Positions 28,942-39,084 of a stretch of 64,000 nt of DNA are shown piece by piece; positions within the stretch are counted from its first letter, which is position 1, and every line of letters starts with the position of its first letter. A model generated the notes under the pieces. It made no database searches and was not told where the DNA came from. It saw only the letters and a list, made by a program, of their open reading frames with translations. A program made the translations under genes and the position numbers. The DNA comes from an uncultured Nitrososphaerota archaeon (GTDB lineage Archaea > Korarchaeota > Korarchaeia > Korarchaeales > Korarchaeaceae). Where the stretch lies: NCBI GenBank assembly GCA_964618805.1, contig CAZUBM010000004.1:1-64000 (forward strand), in the 5' to 3' direction.

Positions 28942-31900
28942 AGACCTCCCTCCCTATCATCTTTATCACCATGTTGTGAAGCCTTGCAAGCATCTGCCTC
29001 CTGCTCTCCATCAGCACTATGTCGCTCATCCCCTGAAGCACTATGTTGTGGGAGAATGGAGATGGCACCCTTGTTGGCTTAAGCATCACAACCTGAATCT
29101 TTCCCTTCCTGATCTTCCTAAGAACTTCCATCGCATTCCTAACGTCCATGAAGTCCTCCAATATCTCCCTGTAGGTTTCCTTCACCAGCGGAAATTCCCT
29201 AAGCTCCTTAACCACCTGAAGTATCTTCTTGGCGTTGAACTGCCTCCTCCTTATGCTGGTCTCCATCCCCTTGTATCTTCTGAGGAGCATCAATCCCCTC
29301 GTTGCAACGTGCCTGAACCTCCTTAAGAAGAGCTCAGTCCTTTCAACCGCTTTCTTAAGGATGGATGGGAGCTCCTCAGGTTTTATGTTCCTCAGGTATG
29401 ACTGACGAACCTCGACTCCAGGTGGGTAAACGATTGCGAAGCCGTGATCCCCAACAATGACGCCGAGGTTCCTCCTTACCTTAATTCCGGCTAAGTACGC
29501 AACTGCCCTTGAAAGGGCATCGTTGACCCTTCTTCCGAAGAGTGCGTGGTAGACAACGTACTTCTTGCCGTCTTCATCCACAAATACCTCAACCAAAAGC
29601 ACCCTGTCGGAGGGGAACTTCCTAACCCCTCTGGACTTAAGGTAAAGCCACTCCTCTCTGAAGTATCGCAAAATCGCGTTTGCTATGTTTTGATCTGCCC
29701 CGCAGTTCTTCATTATCCAGCTCACGATCTCCTCATTCTTTACTCCCTTCTCAAGCCACTTAAACATCTTGCCCCTGAACCTCGAGATCTCTAAAGCTAG
29801 ATCGTAGCTTAAAGGCAGCATCTCGCTGAACCAGCTTGGAACGGTCGGCTTCTCATCGTATGCAGGCATAACTACAGCTGTAAATCCCCTAACCGTCTTT
29901 ATGAACTCATAAACCCTTCCTCCAAGGACAAACCTATCTCCAGGCATGAGCCTCTCAAGGAACTCCTCCTCTATGCTGCCAAGCCTTTTTCCTCCAATGG
30001 TTCTAACCCTCACTCTAACCTCATCAGGGATAGTACCGACGTTTTGAGAGTAAATGGCCCTTGCAAGCTTGCCCCTTCTTCCAAAAACCCCTTCCTCTGG
30101 ATCATACCATATCTTCCCGTAGACCTTGTAGGCCTCCATCTCCGAGTAGGCTCCTGACAGGTACCTAAGAACCCTCTCAAAGTCATTCCATTCGAGATCC
30201 TCGTAAGGATATGCCCCCCTAACGAGTTCATATGCCTCCTTAACCTTCCACTTCTGTTCGATTGCCATTCCAGCTATGTGCTGTGCAAGAACATCTAGAG
30301 CGTTTCTTGGCATGTGAGCTCTGTCTAGATGTCCTGACATGGCTTCCTTCAACATTATTGCAACCTCTACAGCATCATCCCTATCTGAGCATATGAGTAT
30401 GCCCTTGCTAACCTCACTCAGCCTGTGGCCGGCCCTTCCAACCCTCTGTATGGCTCTTGTCACAGATTTGGGCGAGCCTAGCTGGACAACCAAGTCTATG
30501 TACCCTATATCTATCCCTAACTCAAGGGATGTCGAACTGACTATTGCTCGAAGCTCCCCACTCTTCAACTTCTCCTCTACGTCGTGCCTTACAGTCCTTG
30601 AAAGGGATCCGTGATGGGCTGCCACGTCATCCTTCTCTATCTCCTCAACGTAAAGGGGAAGTAGCTGCCTCAACTTAAAGGCAACCCTTTCGGCCCCGCT
30701 TCTTGTGTTTGTGAAGATGAGAGTTGTCCTGTGCTTCCTGATGAGGTCGCAAAGTATCTTGTACATCTTATCGTTTATCTTGCTAAAGGGTGTGTAGATA
30801 AGGTCTGGAACTGGAGCAATCACGCGAAGATCCATTTTCTTCGCGTAAGTTGTGTCAACTATCAGGCAGTCCCTTGGTTTCCCGTTTTTAAAGCCTACTA
30901 GGAACTTTGCAACCTCTTCCAGCGGATTTATCGTTGCTGAAAGGCCTATCCTTATTAAGGGCCTTCCTACGAGATGTTCCAACCTTTCAAGGGAGAGGCT
31001 AAGGTGCACTCCTCTCTTACTCTCCACAAGGCTGTGAATCTCATCTACAATGACCCATCTAATCTTTCTCAGCTTTTCCCTGAACTTTGGAGCTACAAGG
31101 ATTATGGCCAGGGTCTCTGGTGTGGTGATGAGTATGTGGGGAGGTTTTCTCAACATTTTCTGTCTTTCACTTGTGCTCGTGTCCCCAGTCCTTACTGCAT
31201 GCCTTATCTCCGGTAACTCAAGGCCCTTCTTCTTTGCAAGCTCGCGTATCTCCTCTAATGGCACCTTCAGGTTCCTGTAGATGTCGTTGTCCAGAGCCCT
31301 TAGAGGGGAGACGTAGATGGCAAACACGAAATCTTCCAGCTCACCTTTCCTAGCCATAGAAAGGAGCTCGCTTATTATGCCGATAAAAGCGGTCAAAGTA
31401 TTGTGAAGGACTATGCCACCTCTTCCTCCAATGAAATTTTGGAGGTTAGGAACAGTGAAGTCGATTAGTTTACCTTTGTAACTTACCTTACGGATTTTTC
31501 TTATCCTGAGGTAAAGAATATCAGAATCCCTAATTTTTTCGAGATAATTCAGAACACGTAAGTTTTTCACACCAAATTCTCTGCAATCCTCTTTTAGAAG
31601 CTCATACAACTTGTTTGCCGCATTTAATGTGATTTTTCCAGTTCTTCTTGCGACTTCGTATATGTTTCCGTATCTTTCTTCAAAGATGTCCCATAGCATG
31701 TTAAGGGATTTTGGAATCTCGCTTAAGTATTTTAGATCGATTAGAAACTTGAATAAGTGGTCTCCACTACTTTTGGTTTCTAATTTTGTCTTGAATTTCA
31801 GCGGAGGATCTCTTTCTAGCCCTATTTTCTCGTAAAATTTCTTGAGGTTTTCTTTACCGTGAATGTAGAGGAGATGATATGTTTCCCTTTTTCTCTCAGG

Positions 31901-33301
31901 TGTGTTAGATGCGTATTTACGTTGTTCACCTAAACATGGAAATATTCCAAATCTTAGGAGCATAAAGGAGATTTTGTCTATTACATCCCTACTTGCTTGG
32001 GCTAATGCTATTTGAGTCCCTATTTCTGCATCTAGGCTGATGAACCACCTTAAGAAGGTACGCATTAAGTCCTTATCCAGGTTAAGAATCCAACGAGGCA
32101 TTATCTTCCTTTTTTCCCTGCTGCAGGGTTGCAGGTCCAAATAAACAGATACAAATGTGCAAAAAGCTCTTGAATTGATGTTCCAATCCCTTTCGTTCTT
32201 TTGCGTCAGCTCTATCCCAAATAATTGCTTGGAAATTTCTAAGAATTCTCTTAATAGCTTCACATTCTTAGACTGCGATACTGAGATAAAGTCAACAACG
32301 CCTCTCTTTACTCGGCTGGATTGAATATGACCTTCGCTAAGGACAAAAGATATCCACTTAACAACTTCCTCAGTGACAGATTCTGGATATTTGAAGGTAT
32401 CTATGCTTCCGTTCTCCAATAAGACGAAGAGCCTATTTCTCTCAATATCTTTAGGAAAGGCACGTTTCAAGACTTCGATGATAAGCTCTCTCCCATAACT
32501 TGTTTCACCTCTGAAAAACTTCCATACGGTAGTTGTCCCGATGCCAGTTAATTTTGCAATTTTCGAATAGCTTAACCCACAGAAGACTCTTACCAAATTC
32601 AATTCCTTATCGTTAAGAGACTGGAATCCAGATTTGGAGATTTTCTCCCTCAGTTGGACATAATCACTGTATGTCAACACCTTTTTGAAGTTCTTCCTCA
32701 GCGTATCAATAGCTTTGCCTAGGGGAAGATCGATTTCTGGGCTCTGATAATCAATTCTCCTGATAACAGCTATCATGTCTCCAACTCTTAATTCCTTGGC
32801 AGGAATCCATCTTCCAAAACCATCCGCTGTAGCCACCAACAAAGGATGATCTGGAGTGACTTTGATCTTCCGTCCTGCTTCTGTTTCTATGACCAAAATT
32901 TCCCCTTGGTAATCTTGAGCAAATACAAAGGCAGGAATCTTAACAGTATTCGTTTCCTTTAATGAAAATACCCTAAGAGATGGAATGAAGTAAAGTTCTC
33001 CATCTTCAATGTAAGCCAAGAGTTTTCCCATGCTTTTTGCTTTAGAGATTATTTCTTCTCCTCTCACTAACTGTACTATTCCATTAAGCTCGATTAGAAT
33101 TTGCTGATCTGGTGTAATACATTTTCCTGAGCCAGTAGGGCTTGAGATAAGGACATTCTTTCCTTCATGGATTGGGATTATGCCATACCTTTGGGGAGGA
33201 GTCAAGTCCTCGAAATTTAAGTCAAACCACTCGGAGACGAGTGGATCTAGCACAGAGAGCACTTCCTCCTTAGTGTACTGCCTAGTCGCCCTCCTTATCA
33301 A
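28916..33301 (-). CDS. lhr: Lhr-family SF2 helicase precursor containing one intein (extein ~887 aa)
   Basis: SSPTGSGK|intein|TLTAF, SPLRAL, TTPETL, DEIH, GLSAT, HHGSL, SLELGIDIG, QRVGRAGH. Confidence 0.93.
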   Translation of the reverse strand: MIRRATRQYTKEEVLSVLDPLVSEWFDLNFEDLTPPQRYGIIPIHEGKNVLISSPTGSGKCITPDQQILIELNGIVQLVRGEEIISKAKSMGKLLAYIEDGELYFIPSLRVFSLKETNTVKIPAFVFAQDYQGEILVIETEAGRKIKVTPDHPLLVATADGFGRWIPAKELRVGDMIAVIRRIDYQSPEIDLPLGKAIDTLRKNFKKVLTYSDYVQLREKISKSGFQSLNDKELNLVRVFCGLSYSKIAKLTGIGTTTVWKFFRGETSYGRELIIEVLKRAFPKDIERNRLFVLLENGSIDTFKYPESVTEEVVKWISFVLSEGHIQSSRVKRGVVDFISVSQSKNVKLLREFLEISKQLFGIELTQKNERDWNINSRAFCTFVSVYLDLQPCSREKRKIMPRWILNLDKDLMRTFLRWFISLDAEIGTQIALAQASRDVIDKISFMLLRFGIFPCLGEQRKYASNTPERKRETYHLLYIHGKENLKKFYEKIGLERDPPLKFKTKLETKSSGDHLFKFLIDLKYLSEIPKSLNMLWDIFEERYGNIYEVARRTGKITLNAANKLYELLKEDCREFGVKNLRVLNYLEKIRDSDILYLRIRKIRKVSYKGKLIDFTVPNLQNFIGGRGGIVLHNTLTAFIGIISELLSMARKGELEDFVFAIYVSPLRALDNDIYRNLKVPLEEIRELAKKKGLELPEIRHAVRTGDTSTSERQKMLRKPPHILITTPETLAIILVAPKFREKLRKIRWVIVDEIHSLVESKRGVHLSLSLERLEHLVGRPLIRIGLSATINPLEEVAKFLVGFKNGKPRDCLIVDTTYAKKMDLRVIAPVPDLIYTPFSKINDKMYKILCDLIRKHRTTLIFTNTRSGAERVAFKLRQLLPLYVEEIEKDDVAAHHGSLSRTVRHDVEEKLKSGELRAIVSSTSLELGIDIGYIDLVVQLGSPKSVTRAIQRVGRAGHRLSEVSKGILICSDRDDAVEVAIMLKEAMSGHLDRAHMPRNALDVLAQHIAGMAIEQKWKVKEAYELVRGAYPYEDLEWNDFERVLRYLSGAYSEMEAYKVYGKIWYDPEEGVFGRRGKLARAIYSQNVGTIPDEVRVRVRTIGGKRLGSIEEEFLERLMPGDRFVLGGRVYEFIKTVRGFTAVVMPAYDEKPTVPSWFSEMLPLSYDLALEISRFRGKMFKWLEKGVKNEEIVSWIMKNCGADQNIANAILRYFREEWLYLKSRGVRKFPSDRVLLVEVFVDEDGKKYVVYHALFGRRVNDALSRAVAYLAGIKVRRNLGVIVGDHGFAIVYPPGVEVRQSYLRNIKPEELPSILKKAVERTELFLRRFRHVATRGLMLLRRYKGMETSIRRRQFNAKKILQVVKELREFPLVKETYREILEDFMDVRNAMEVLRKIRKGKIQVVMLKPTRVPSPFSHNIVLQGMSDIVLMESRRQMLARLHNMVIKMIGREVYVAKGGDN
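31400..33121 (-). mobile_element. Intein (574 aa) with LAGLIDADG-type endonuclease, in the Lhr Walker A
   Basis: Starts CITPD after GSGK; block B VTPDHP; ISFVLSEG and FLRWFISLDA endonuclease-like blocks; ends IVLHN followed by Thr. Confidence 0.92.
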
Positions 33302-33342
33302 ACCAGATATCCTTGGCGTAGCGAATAAAAAAGTAAGACGGG

Positions 33343-36324
33343 TTACCTCAAAAGCTCAGATTCGTACCTCTTTAGGTATTCAACTGCATCAGAAACGTTT
33401 CTGAACAGAGATCTTACTTCCTCCACGTCCTTTGCCGATATTTTATCCCTTCCGTTTGCCCTAGCTCTAACTCCGGCTATGCTCAATATCTGGACAGCAT
33501 GCCTTAAAGATGTAGCTCCTCCTATCTCCTTGAGGAGGGCCAATGCCTCTTCATCAGCTTTGATATCCTCCTCCTTCATCCTTATCTTCAAGATCTCTTC
33601 TATTTCCTCTGGCTTATACTTCTCAGTAGTTATGATTACTAACCTGTCCAAGAGGTCAAGAGGAAGTCCGAAGGGGGCCTTCTCGTCGGTGCCCCTTATG
33701 GTCGTCACCCCCCTGTTAGTCGCCATAACTATTATTGGTACGAGCTCCCCTTCCATCGCCCTCGTAAGGAAGCTAAGGGCCTCTATGTCCATCATGTGGA
33801 TGTTATCTATGAAGAGCACTCCTGGAATTATCTCAGCTCTGCGTTGTTCCACCCATTCGTTAACTTGCTGATCTACAGCTGCCCTTATCTCTGGATCTAT
33901 CTCTTTCTCTGTAGTGCCTCCAAAGAGAAGGGAGAAGAACCCTCCTCCCCTTCTTTTCATGAACATCTCATCGAGGTCAGCAAGTGTTAGGGTGTAAACG
34001 AACTCTTTCTTCTTAAGAACGGGTCCGCTTGGTTTTGGAATTACCTCTGCCTCTCCTACATCATATCTCTTTCCAATGCTCTCAGATACGCCTACCTTAG
34101 ATATCCTTCCGGTATCAGCATCTATCTGGATGATGTCGCCCTCCCTTATCCCGTTCTGAACGACCGTGTAAGCAACGGACTGCCCTGCCTCAATCGTCTT
34201 CTTCTCATCTTTCGTCTCTAATGTTATCCTCACGCTTTCAGGGACCTTCTGATATGGATTATAGGGGTTTGATGTCCATCTGACGTGTATGTCGGTTACC
34301 TCTCCCTCGTAGATGTCCCTCATCTCCCTTATCCTTACTCCTATTGCCTGCCTCATAGCATCCATAAGCACGTCAGTCTTCTTCCTTTCTGCGCTGTATA
34401 TCTCAGAGCCAGTTATGGCTATGAAAGGCACGTCTCTTCCAAGCTCCCTTGCCATTGCTACAGCAATCGCAGTATTATGGACCACAATACCTCCAAATCC
34501 TGCTATGAACGTGGGGGATTCCTCATTTACGCACAAATCGTAAACATAGATTTGATGATCTGACTCTATCATGTGTACCTCCTTAACGTAGTCCCAGAAG
34601 ATGTCGGAGAAAGCTAGCTTATGAAGTACCTCGGAATTACCTATCTTGTTGTTCTTAACAACTCTTTGCAGCATTTTCCTGGAGATCCTTCTGAAGTTTC
34701 TGTTATTCGGAGACAACTCATATCTATATCCTCCCTTAGATCCATAGAACTCGCCTTTGCTCTTTTGAAGCTTCTTTCTCGCTATTTTAAGCCTTTTTCT
34801 CACTCCAGGGATGAAGTCCACGTTTGTAGAGCTCGCTCTTTTGTGAAGAGTTTCGAGTCTCTCCCTTCTCTTCTTTGTAAAGAATCCTATCTCCTCCCTA
34901 AACTTCTTAACGAATTCTCCTCCTGAAACCACAATTCTGTAGTAGATGCGCTTTTCTCCATTGACTGAGATCTCTCTTTTGCGAATCCTAGCTACTATAC
35001 CAAATCTCAGGAGCAAGTAAGCAAGTTTGTTTGCGATGTTTTCGCTTGAGGTATTAATCGATATCTCCTCGTCGCTGATGTCTGATTCTCCTTCACAGAA
35101 CGCCCTTAAGAATGCCCTTACACATTCGTCGTCACTCCTTAGGATGAAATTCGGTACGTCTTTGTAGCGTGCTCTCCTCCCAACGCTGTATCCTATTGCC
35201 TTAAGGTACTCAGCTAGGCTCCATGAATTTACCCTCACAGCTGGAGTCCTGTCATAAGTTATTCTATGAGTTCTAAGTTTGAACAACTTCCTTACTAGAT
35301 GCTCAAACCTCCTCAGCAGAGCTTCATCAGTGTTGTGGAATCTTACGGAATATATGCGTCTTTTTTCATCCACATATTCGTCGCACTCCGAAATAAGATA
35401 GCCGATGAACTCTGCAAGCTCTGGAGTTACGCTTGAAGGGGCCTCTATTGGAAGTGTCCTGCTATAAAGTGAATATCTGACTAGGAAGGGGTTTTCCAAG
35501 TTGTTAAGGCTTTCGAGGTAAGGCATGTCCTTGATGACCCATTTTCGCGCTGTTTCTGGACAAACTTCGAACTCTCTTGCTATTTCGCGATATGAAGCCC
35601 CACCATCCCGCAGAATAATTGCCCTTGCCCTCTGTGCTCTCCTACTCAAAATGTATCTAACAGATCTCTCACTATACTCTCTCACATCTTTCTTAAGCTG
35701 GAGGTTATTTGATGGACTAACTTGAACTCTCCTAGGAACGGCTATGTGGGAGCCCGCCTTGAGTTCTCTGGCCCTAACGAACCTGATCTCTCCGTCCTCT
35801 ATTGTCAGAAATGGATGCTCTCCTGTAACTGTTATGCTCCTTCCTGATCTCGTTACAACTTTGAATAAAGGTTCCTCCACCTTCTGTCTGTACACGTAGC
35901 TGATATCCTGATTTTCAAACGTAAGGGTGTTTAGATTCAAAGATATCACAGTTATCTTCTTGTTAGGTTTTACGAGAACCTCATTTTCGCTTAATTTCAC
36001 GGTTTCTCCATCTCTAATGGCTTCCTCAAATATCTTCTCTATCTCCATCAGTGAGCCATCGCCAAGAAGGACGGGAGTATCCTCAACTACACATTTTCCC
36101 GTTCCTGGAGGGCCAGCTAGTAAGACTGCCTTCCCCGCAAGCTTTCCCTCTTTGGCCATGTTAACTATGAGGCCTGCAGCTTCCCTTGCCCTTATCTGTC
36201 CGACCATTCCGTCAGCTACCCTAAGTGCCTTCATGTTCTCATCCAAACCGAGCCCTCTTATGTGGCTGTGGGCCCCTATTCTTCTGGAAATAACCCTGAC
36301 AGCTGATTCTCCTATGTCGGACAG
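33343..36324 (-). CDS. tip49: TIP49/RuvB-like AAA+ ATPase precursor containing one intein (extein ~453 aa); probable CTG start
   Basis: RIGAHSHIRGLGLD lies upstream of the TTG at 36246. GPPGTGK|intein|TAIA, GSEIYS, YEGEV, PGVLFIDNIHM, MATNRG, PLDLLDRL. Confidence 0.92.
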   Translation of the reverse strand: MSDIGESAVRVISRRIGAHSHIRGLGLDENMKALRVADGMVGQIRAREAAGLIVNMAKEGKLAGKAVLLAGPPGTGKCVVEDTPVLLGDGSLMEIEKIFEEAIRDGETVKLSENEVLVKPNKKITVISLNLNTLTFENQDISYVYRQKVEEPLFKVVTRSGRSITVTGEHPFLTIEDGEIRFVRARELKAGSHIAVPRRVQVSPSNNLQLKKDVREYSERSVRYILSRRAQRARAIILRDGGASYREIAREFEVCPETARKWVIKDMPYLESLNNLENPFLVRYSLYSRTLPIEAPSSVTPELAEFIGYLISECDEYVDEKRRIYSVRFHNTDEALLRRFEHLVRKLFKLRTHRITYDRTPAVRVNSWSLAEYLKAIGYSVGRRARYKDVPNFILRSDDECVRAFLRAFCEGESDISDEEISINTSSENIANKLAYLLLRFGIVARIRKREISVNGEKRIYYRIVVSGGEFVKKFREEIGFFTKKRRERLETLHKRASSTNVDFIPGVRKRLKIARKKLQKSKGEFYGSKGGYRYELSPNNRNFRRISRKMLQRVVKNNKIGNSEVLHKLAFSDIFWDYVKEVHMIESDHQIYVYDLCVNEESPTFIAGFGGIVVHNTAIAVAMARELGRDVPFIAITGSEIYSAERKKTDVLMDAMRQAIGVRIREMRDIYEGEVTDIHVRWTSNPYNPYQKVPESVRITLETKDEKKTIEAGQSVAYTVVQNGIREGDIIQIDADTGRISKVGVSESIGKRYDVGEAEVIPKPSGPVLKKKEFVYTLTLADLDEMFMKRRGGGFFSLLFGGTTEKEIDPEIRAAVDQQVNEWVEQRRAEIIPGVLFIDNIHMMDIEALSFLTRAMEGELVPIIVMATNRGVTTIRGTDEKAPFGLPLDLLDRLVIITTEKYKPEEIEEILKIRMKEEDIKADEEALALLKEIGGATSLRHAVQILSIAGVRARANGRDKISAKDVEEVRSLFRNVSDAVEYLKRYESELLR
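34474..36093 (-). mobile_element. Intein (540 aa) with LAGLIDADG-type endonuclease and HTH, in the TIP49 Walker A
   Basis: CVVEDT after GTGK; VTGEHP; LAEFIGYLISEC and FLRAFCEGES blocks; VYDL...IVVHN followed by Thr. Confidence 0.92.
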
Positions 36325-36403
36325 TTCAACTCACCCCCTTGCTCCAACACCAATTCTCCAATAAAGCTATTATGAGAAGTTGATCTGTCGCGTTTAAATA
36401 CGT

Positions 36404-36421
36404 TTTTGTTACTTTTGTTAC
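36404..36421 (+). promoter_or_regulatory. Tandem 9-bp direct repeat between the TATA box and the HTH-MNT start
   Basis: TTTAAATA at 36393-36400, then TTTTGTTAC-TTTTGTTAC, then ATG at 36426. Confidence 0.55.
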
Positions 36422-36425
36422 CTAT

Positions 36426-37007
36426 ATGGATTATGAGGAACTTATTACTCCAAAGGAGGCAAGGGCAATACTAAGGGTTAGCAACAAGACTCTTTGGTCG
36501 TGGCATAAAAAAGGGATAGTCAGGGCCGTTAGACTCCCAAGTGGAAGATTGCGTTACTACAAGAGCGATATAGAAGCCATTGTAAGGGGGAAGAAGAGGG
36601 AAAATCTGTTAGAAAAGCTAAGAAATGCTCTTATGCATGAAGAAAACGTGTTAATAGCATATCTATACGGATCAAGAGCCAGGGGCGATTATCGTGAGGA
36701 AAGCGATGTAGACGTTGCCGTTCTAGTAAAGGATCCGCCAACTCCAGAGGAAAACCCATTCTATGAGACCGAGCTTTCGCTTAGGCTAAGTAAAGCAGTT
36801 GGAAAAGATGTAGAGGTCAGGCTCCTTAATGATAAGCCCCTGATTTTCCTTTGCCAAGTTCTAAAACATGGAAAACTAATAATTTCCAAGGATGAAAAGA
36901 CTAGAGTAAAATTTGAAGCTTCTACTTTGGACAGATGCTTTGATTTCAAGCCAATCCTCGATTCATATAACAGAATGAGAGAAAGGAGGATAGAGGCATG
37001 GAAATAG
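36426..37007 (+). CDS. mntA: MNT (MntA-type) antitoxin with N-terminal MerR/excisionase-like winged HTH
   Basis: LITPKEARAILRVSNKTLWSW...RLPSGRLRY, then YLYGSRARGDYREESDVDVAV. Confidence 0.85.
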   Translation: MDYEELITPKEARAILRVSNKTLWSWHKKGIVRAVRLPSGRLRYYKSDIEAIVRGKKRENLLEKLRNALMHEENVLIAYLYGSRARGDYREESDVDVAVLVKDPPTPEENPFYETELSLRLSKAVGKDVEVRLLNDKPLIFLCQVLKHGKLIISKDEKTRVKFEASTLDRCFDFKPILDSYNRMRERRIEAWK

Positions 37008-37423
37008 ATAGAGAACTGATTCACCTCAGGATAGACTTAATTGAGAGAAACCTGAAGTTGTTGGAAGAGATAGCATCCGAGGGATACGAAAGTTTCGAGA
37101 GGAGTTACAGGGATATAATGGCATCCAAACACGCCTTGCTAGAGTCGATAGAAGCTTGTCTTGATATCGCTAACCACATAATAGCTGTAAGGGGATATAG
37201 AAGGCCCAAAGATTACGTTGATATATTCAAGATCTTAGAAGAAGAGAAGATAATAGACAAGGACCTTTCCGAAAGGCTACAAAGGATGGCCAAGTTCAGA
37301 AACATCTTAGTCCACAGATATACAGAGATAGAGACTCGTAAGCTTTATACCATAATGACTAAGGACGTCAAAGACATTGTTTCCTTCGTGAAGGCCATAC
37401 TTGAATTGATTAGAAGAAAGTAA
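36998..37423 (+). CDS. hepT: HEPN (DUF86/HepT-like) RNase toxin
   Basis: IEACLDIANHII and FRNILVHRY (Rx4H plus adjacent Tyr); overlaps mntA. Confidence 0.88.
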   Translation: MEIDRELIHLRIDLIERNLKLLEEIASEGYESFERSYRDIMASKHALLESIEACLDIANHIIAVRGYRRPKDYVDIFKILEEEKIIDKDLSERLQRMAKFRNILVHRYTEIETRKLYTIMTKDVKDIVSFVKAILELIRRK

Positions 37424-37542
37424 GCCCTTAAACCTGATTATGATCTCAAAAGCTTGCTGAGGGACCTCTTATCCGTTAACGAGTCTCTCAGATTTTCCGC
37501 ACATTTATAGCAAATACTGATCCAGAAAACGAGGAGAGGAAG

Positions 37543-38697
37543 GTGCCCGATCTTATGATAGGAAAGGATGAGTTCCAGAAAAGGGTTGGGAAGTTAAAGA
37601 AGTGGATGGAAAAGAAGGATGTAGACGCTTCTCTCTTCTTCCCAGGGTCAAACATGCTTTATCTTAGCGGAACGAAGAACGCAGGTTTGCTCGTAGTTCC
37701 AATCGATGGAGACCCATTCCTGTTGGCTAGGTACGCTTTTGGAGATGCTCTTGCAGAGGAGGAATCTCCTTTCGAACTGAAAGTGGTTAAACCCTATTAT
37801 GGAATTGAGAAAAAGCAAGTAAAAAGCGTTAACCTCCTAAAAGAGGCAAAGGAGGTTTTGGCCAGCCATAAAATTAGGGTAAAGAGGCTTGGTGTCGAGA
37901 AGTCTAGAGTTGCTTCTCTAAAAGAAGTGAGGAAGGTTTTCAGGGCAAAGAGGAGATCAGTTCCCCTTCTGGATGCTGGATCCTTTGTGGAAAACCTCAG
38001 AATGGTAAAGAGCAGCTTGGAAATAGATTTGATCAAGAAAAGCGCTGAAATATCTGCTAAAGCCCTAGAATACGTGGTAGATGACCTTAAGCCAGGGGTA
38101 ATGGAAAAGACAATAGCCAACAAGCTTGAGTTTCTTATGAGGGACTTGGGTGCATCTGATCTAGCCTTCCCGTCCATAGTTGCCTTTGGAGAAAACACGT
38201 TTAACGCCCATCATGTGCCTACTGTGAGGAAATTAAAGGAAGGGGATTTAGTGCTTTTCGATTGGGGAGCAAAGTTCTCTGGGTATTGCAGTGATACTAC
38301 AAGAACATTTGTCTATGGAAAACCAAGCAGTAAGATTGTTGAGAGGTTTGAGGCTGTTGCTGAAGCCCAGAACGAGGGATTAAATGCTGTAAAGGCTGGA
38401 GCTCCTTTTGAGGATCCAGATGTTGCTTCGAGAAAGGTATTGGAAAAGTACGGGTTGATCGAGGAGTTCGTTCATTCCTTAGGTCATGGTCTAGGGCTTG
38501 ATGTCCACGAGATGCCCAGACTACTCGTAGGGGCCAAGGGAAAGCTGAAGGAAGGCATGGTGGTGACCGTTGAGCCAGGAGTATACATAAAGGGGTGGGG
38601 AGGAATAAGGATAGAGGATACAGTTATTGTAAAAAAGAGAGAAGCTGAAGTGTTAACCACAGGAATTCCAAAAGAAATAGATTTCCTAAAGCGCTAA
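37543..38697 (+). CDS. Xaa-Pro aminopeptidase/prolidase (M24B)
   Basis: DWGAKFSGYCSDTTRT, HSLGHGLGLDVHE, TVEPGVY, GIRIED. Confidence 0.93.
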   Translation: MPDLMIGKDEFQKRVGKLKKWMEKKDVDASLFFPGSNMLYLSGTKNAGLLVVPIDGDPFLLARYAFGDALAEEESPFELKVVKPYYGIEKKQVKSVNLLKEAKEVLASHKIRVKRLGVEKSRVASLKEVRKVFRAKRRSVPLLDAGSFVENLRMVKSSLEIDLIKKSAEISAKALEYVVDDLKPGVMEKTIANKLEFLMRDLGASDLAFPSIVAFGENTFNAHHVPTVRKLKEGDLVLFDWGAKFSGYCSDTTRTFVYGKPSSKIVERFEAVAEAQNEGLNAVKAGAPFEDPDVASRKVLEKYGLIEEFVHSLGHGLGLDVHEMPRLLVGAKGKLKEGMVVTVEPGVYIKGWGGIRIEDTVIVKKREAEVLTTGIPKEIDFLKR

Positions 38698-38748
38698 CAT
38701 GTTGATTGAAGTTAGAGAGAAGCCAGCATTTCCTTCCATCAAAACACT

Positions 38749-39084
38749 TTATAGATCTCCGAACCATAATGGTGTGACGTTTGTAGCTATCCACATCATA
38801 ATCTCAGCGAACTCCTTAAGCACCTCTTCAGCTCCTTCTTGAGGGGGAAGGTCAGGGTACGCGTCCTCTCTAGCTGGATGTAAGGTCAGGTGATTAAACA
38901 TTATGCTTCCAGAGTCGTCTCTAACCCCTATTACATGTCCTTTATACCTGAATAGGTAAAAGAACCATGTTTCATGTATATCAAGTATTCTAATGGGAGG
39001 ATAACCGAACATGTGGATCATCTTAAAAAAATCTTGGAAGCAAAGAGGGCATATCGTACGCAATATAAGGATCCTTTTCAACAC
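38749..39084 (-). CDS. Hypothetical protein
   Basis: 111-aa ORF overlapping the upstream ORF by 7 bp; CPLC near the N-terminus; no family recognised. Confidence 0.5.
   Translation of the reverse strand: MLKRILILRTICPLCFQDFFKMIHMFGYPPIRILDIHETWFFYLFRYKGHVIGVRDDSGSIMFNHLTLHPAREDAYPDLPPQEGAEEVLKEFAEIMMWIATNVTPLWFGDL

Noticed and set aside
36426-36580. IS607 element
   Set aside because: Only the HTH resembles TnpA; there is no serine recombinase domain or tnpB.
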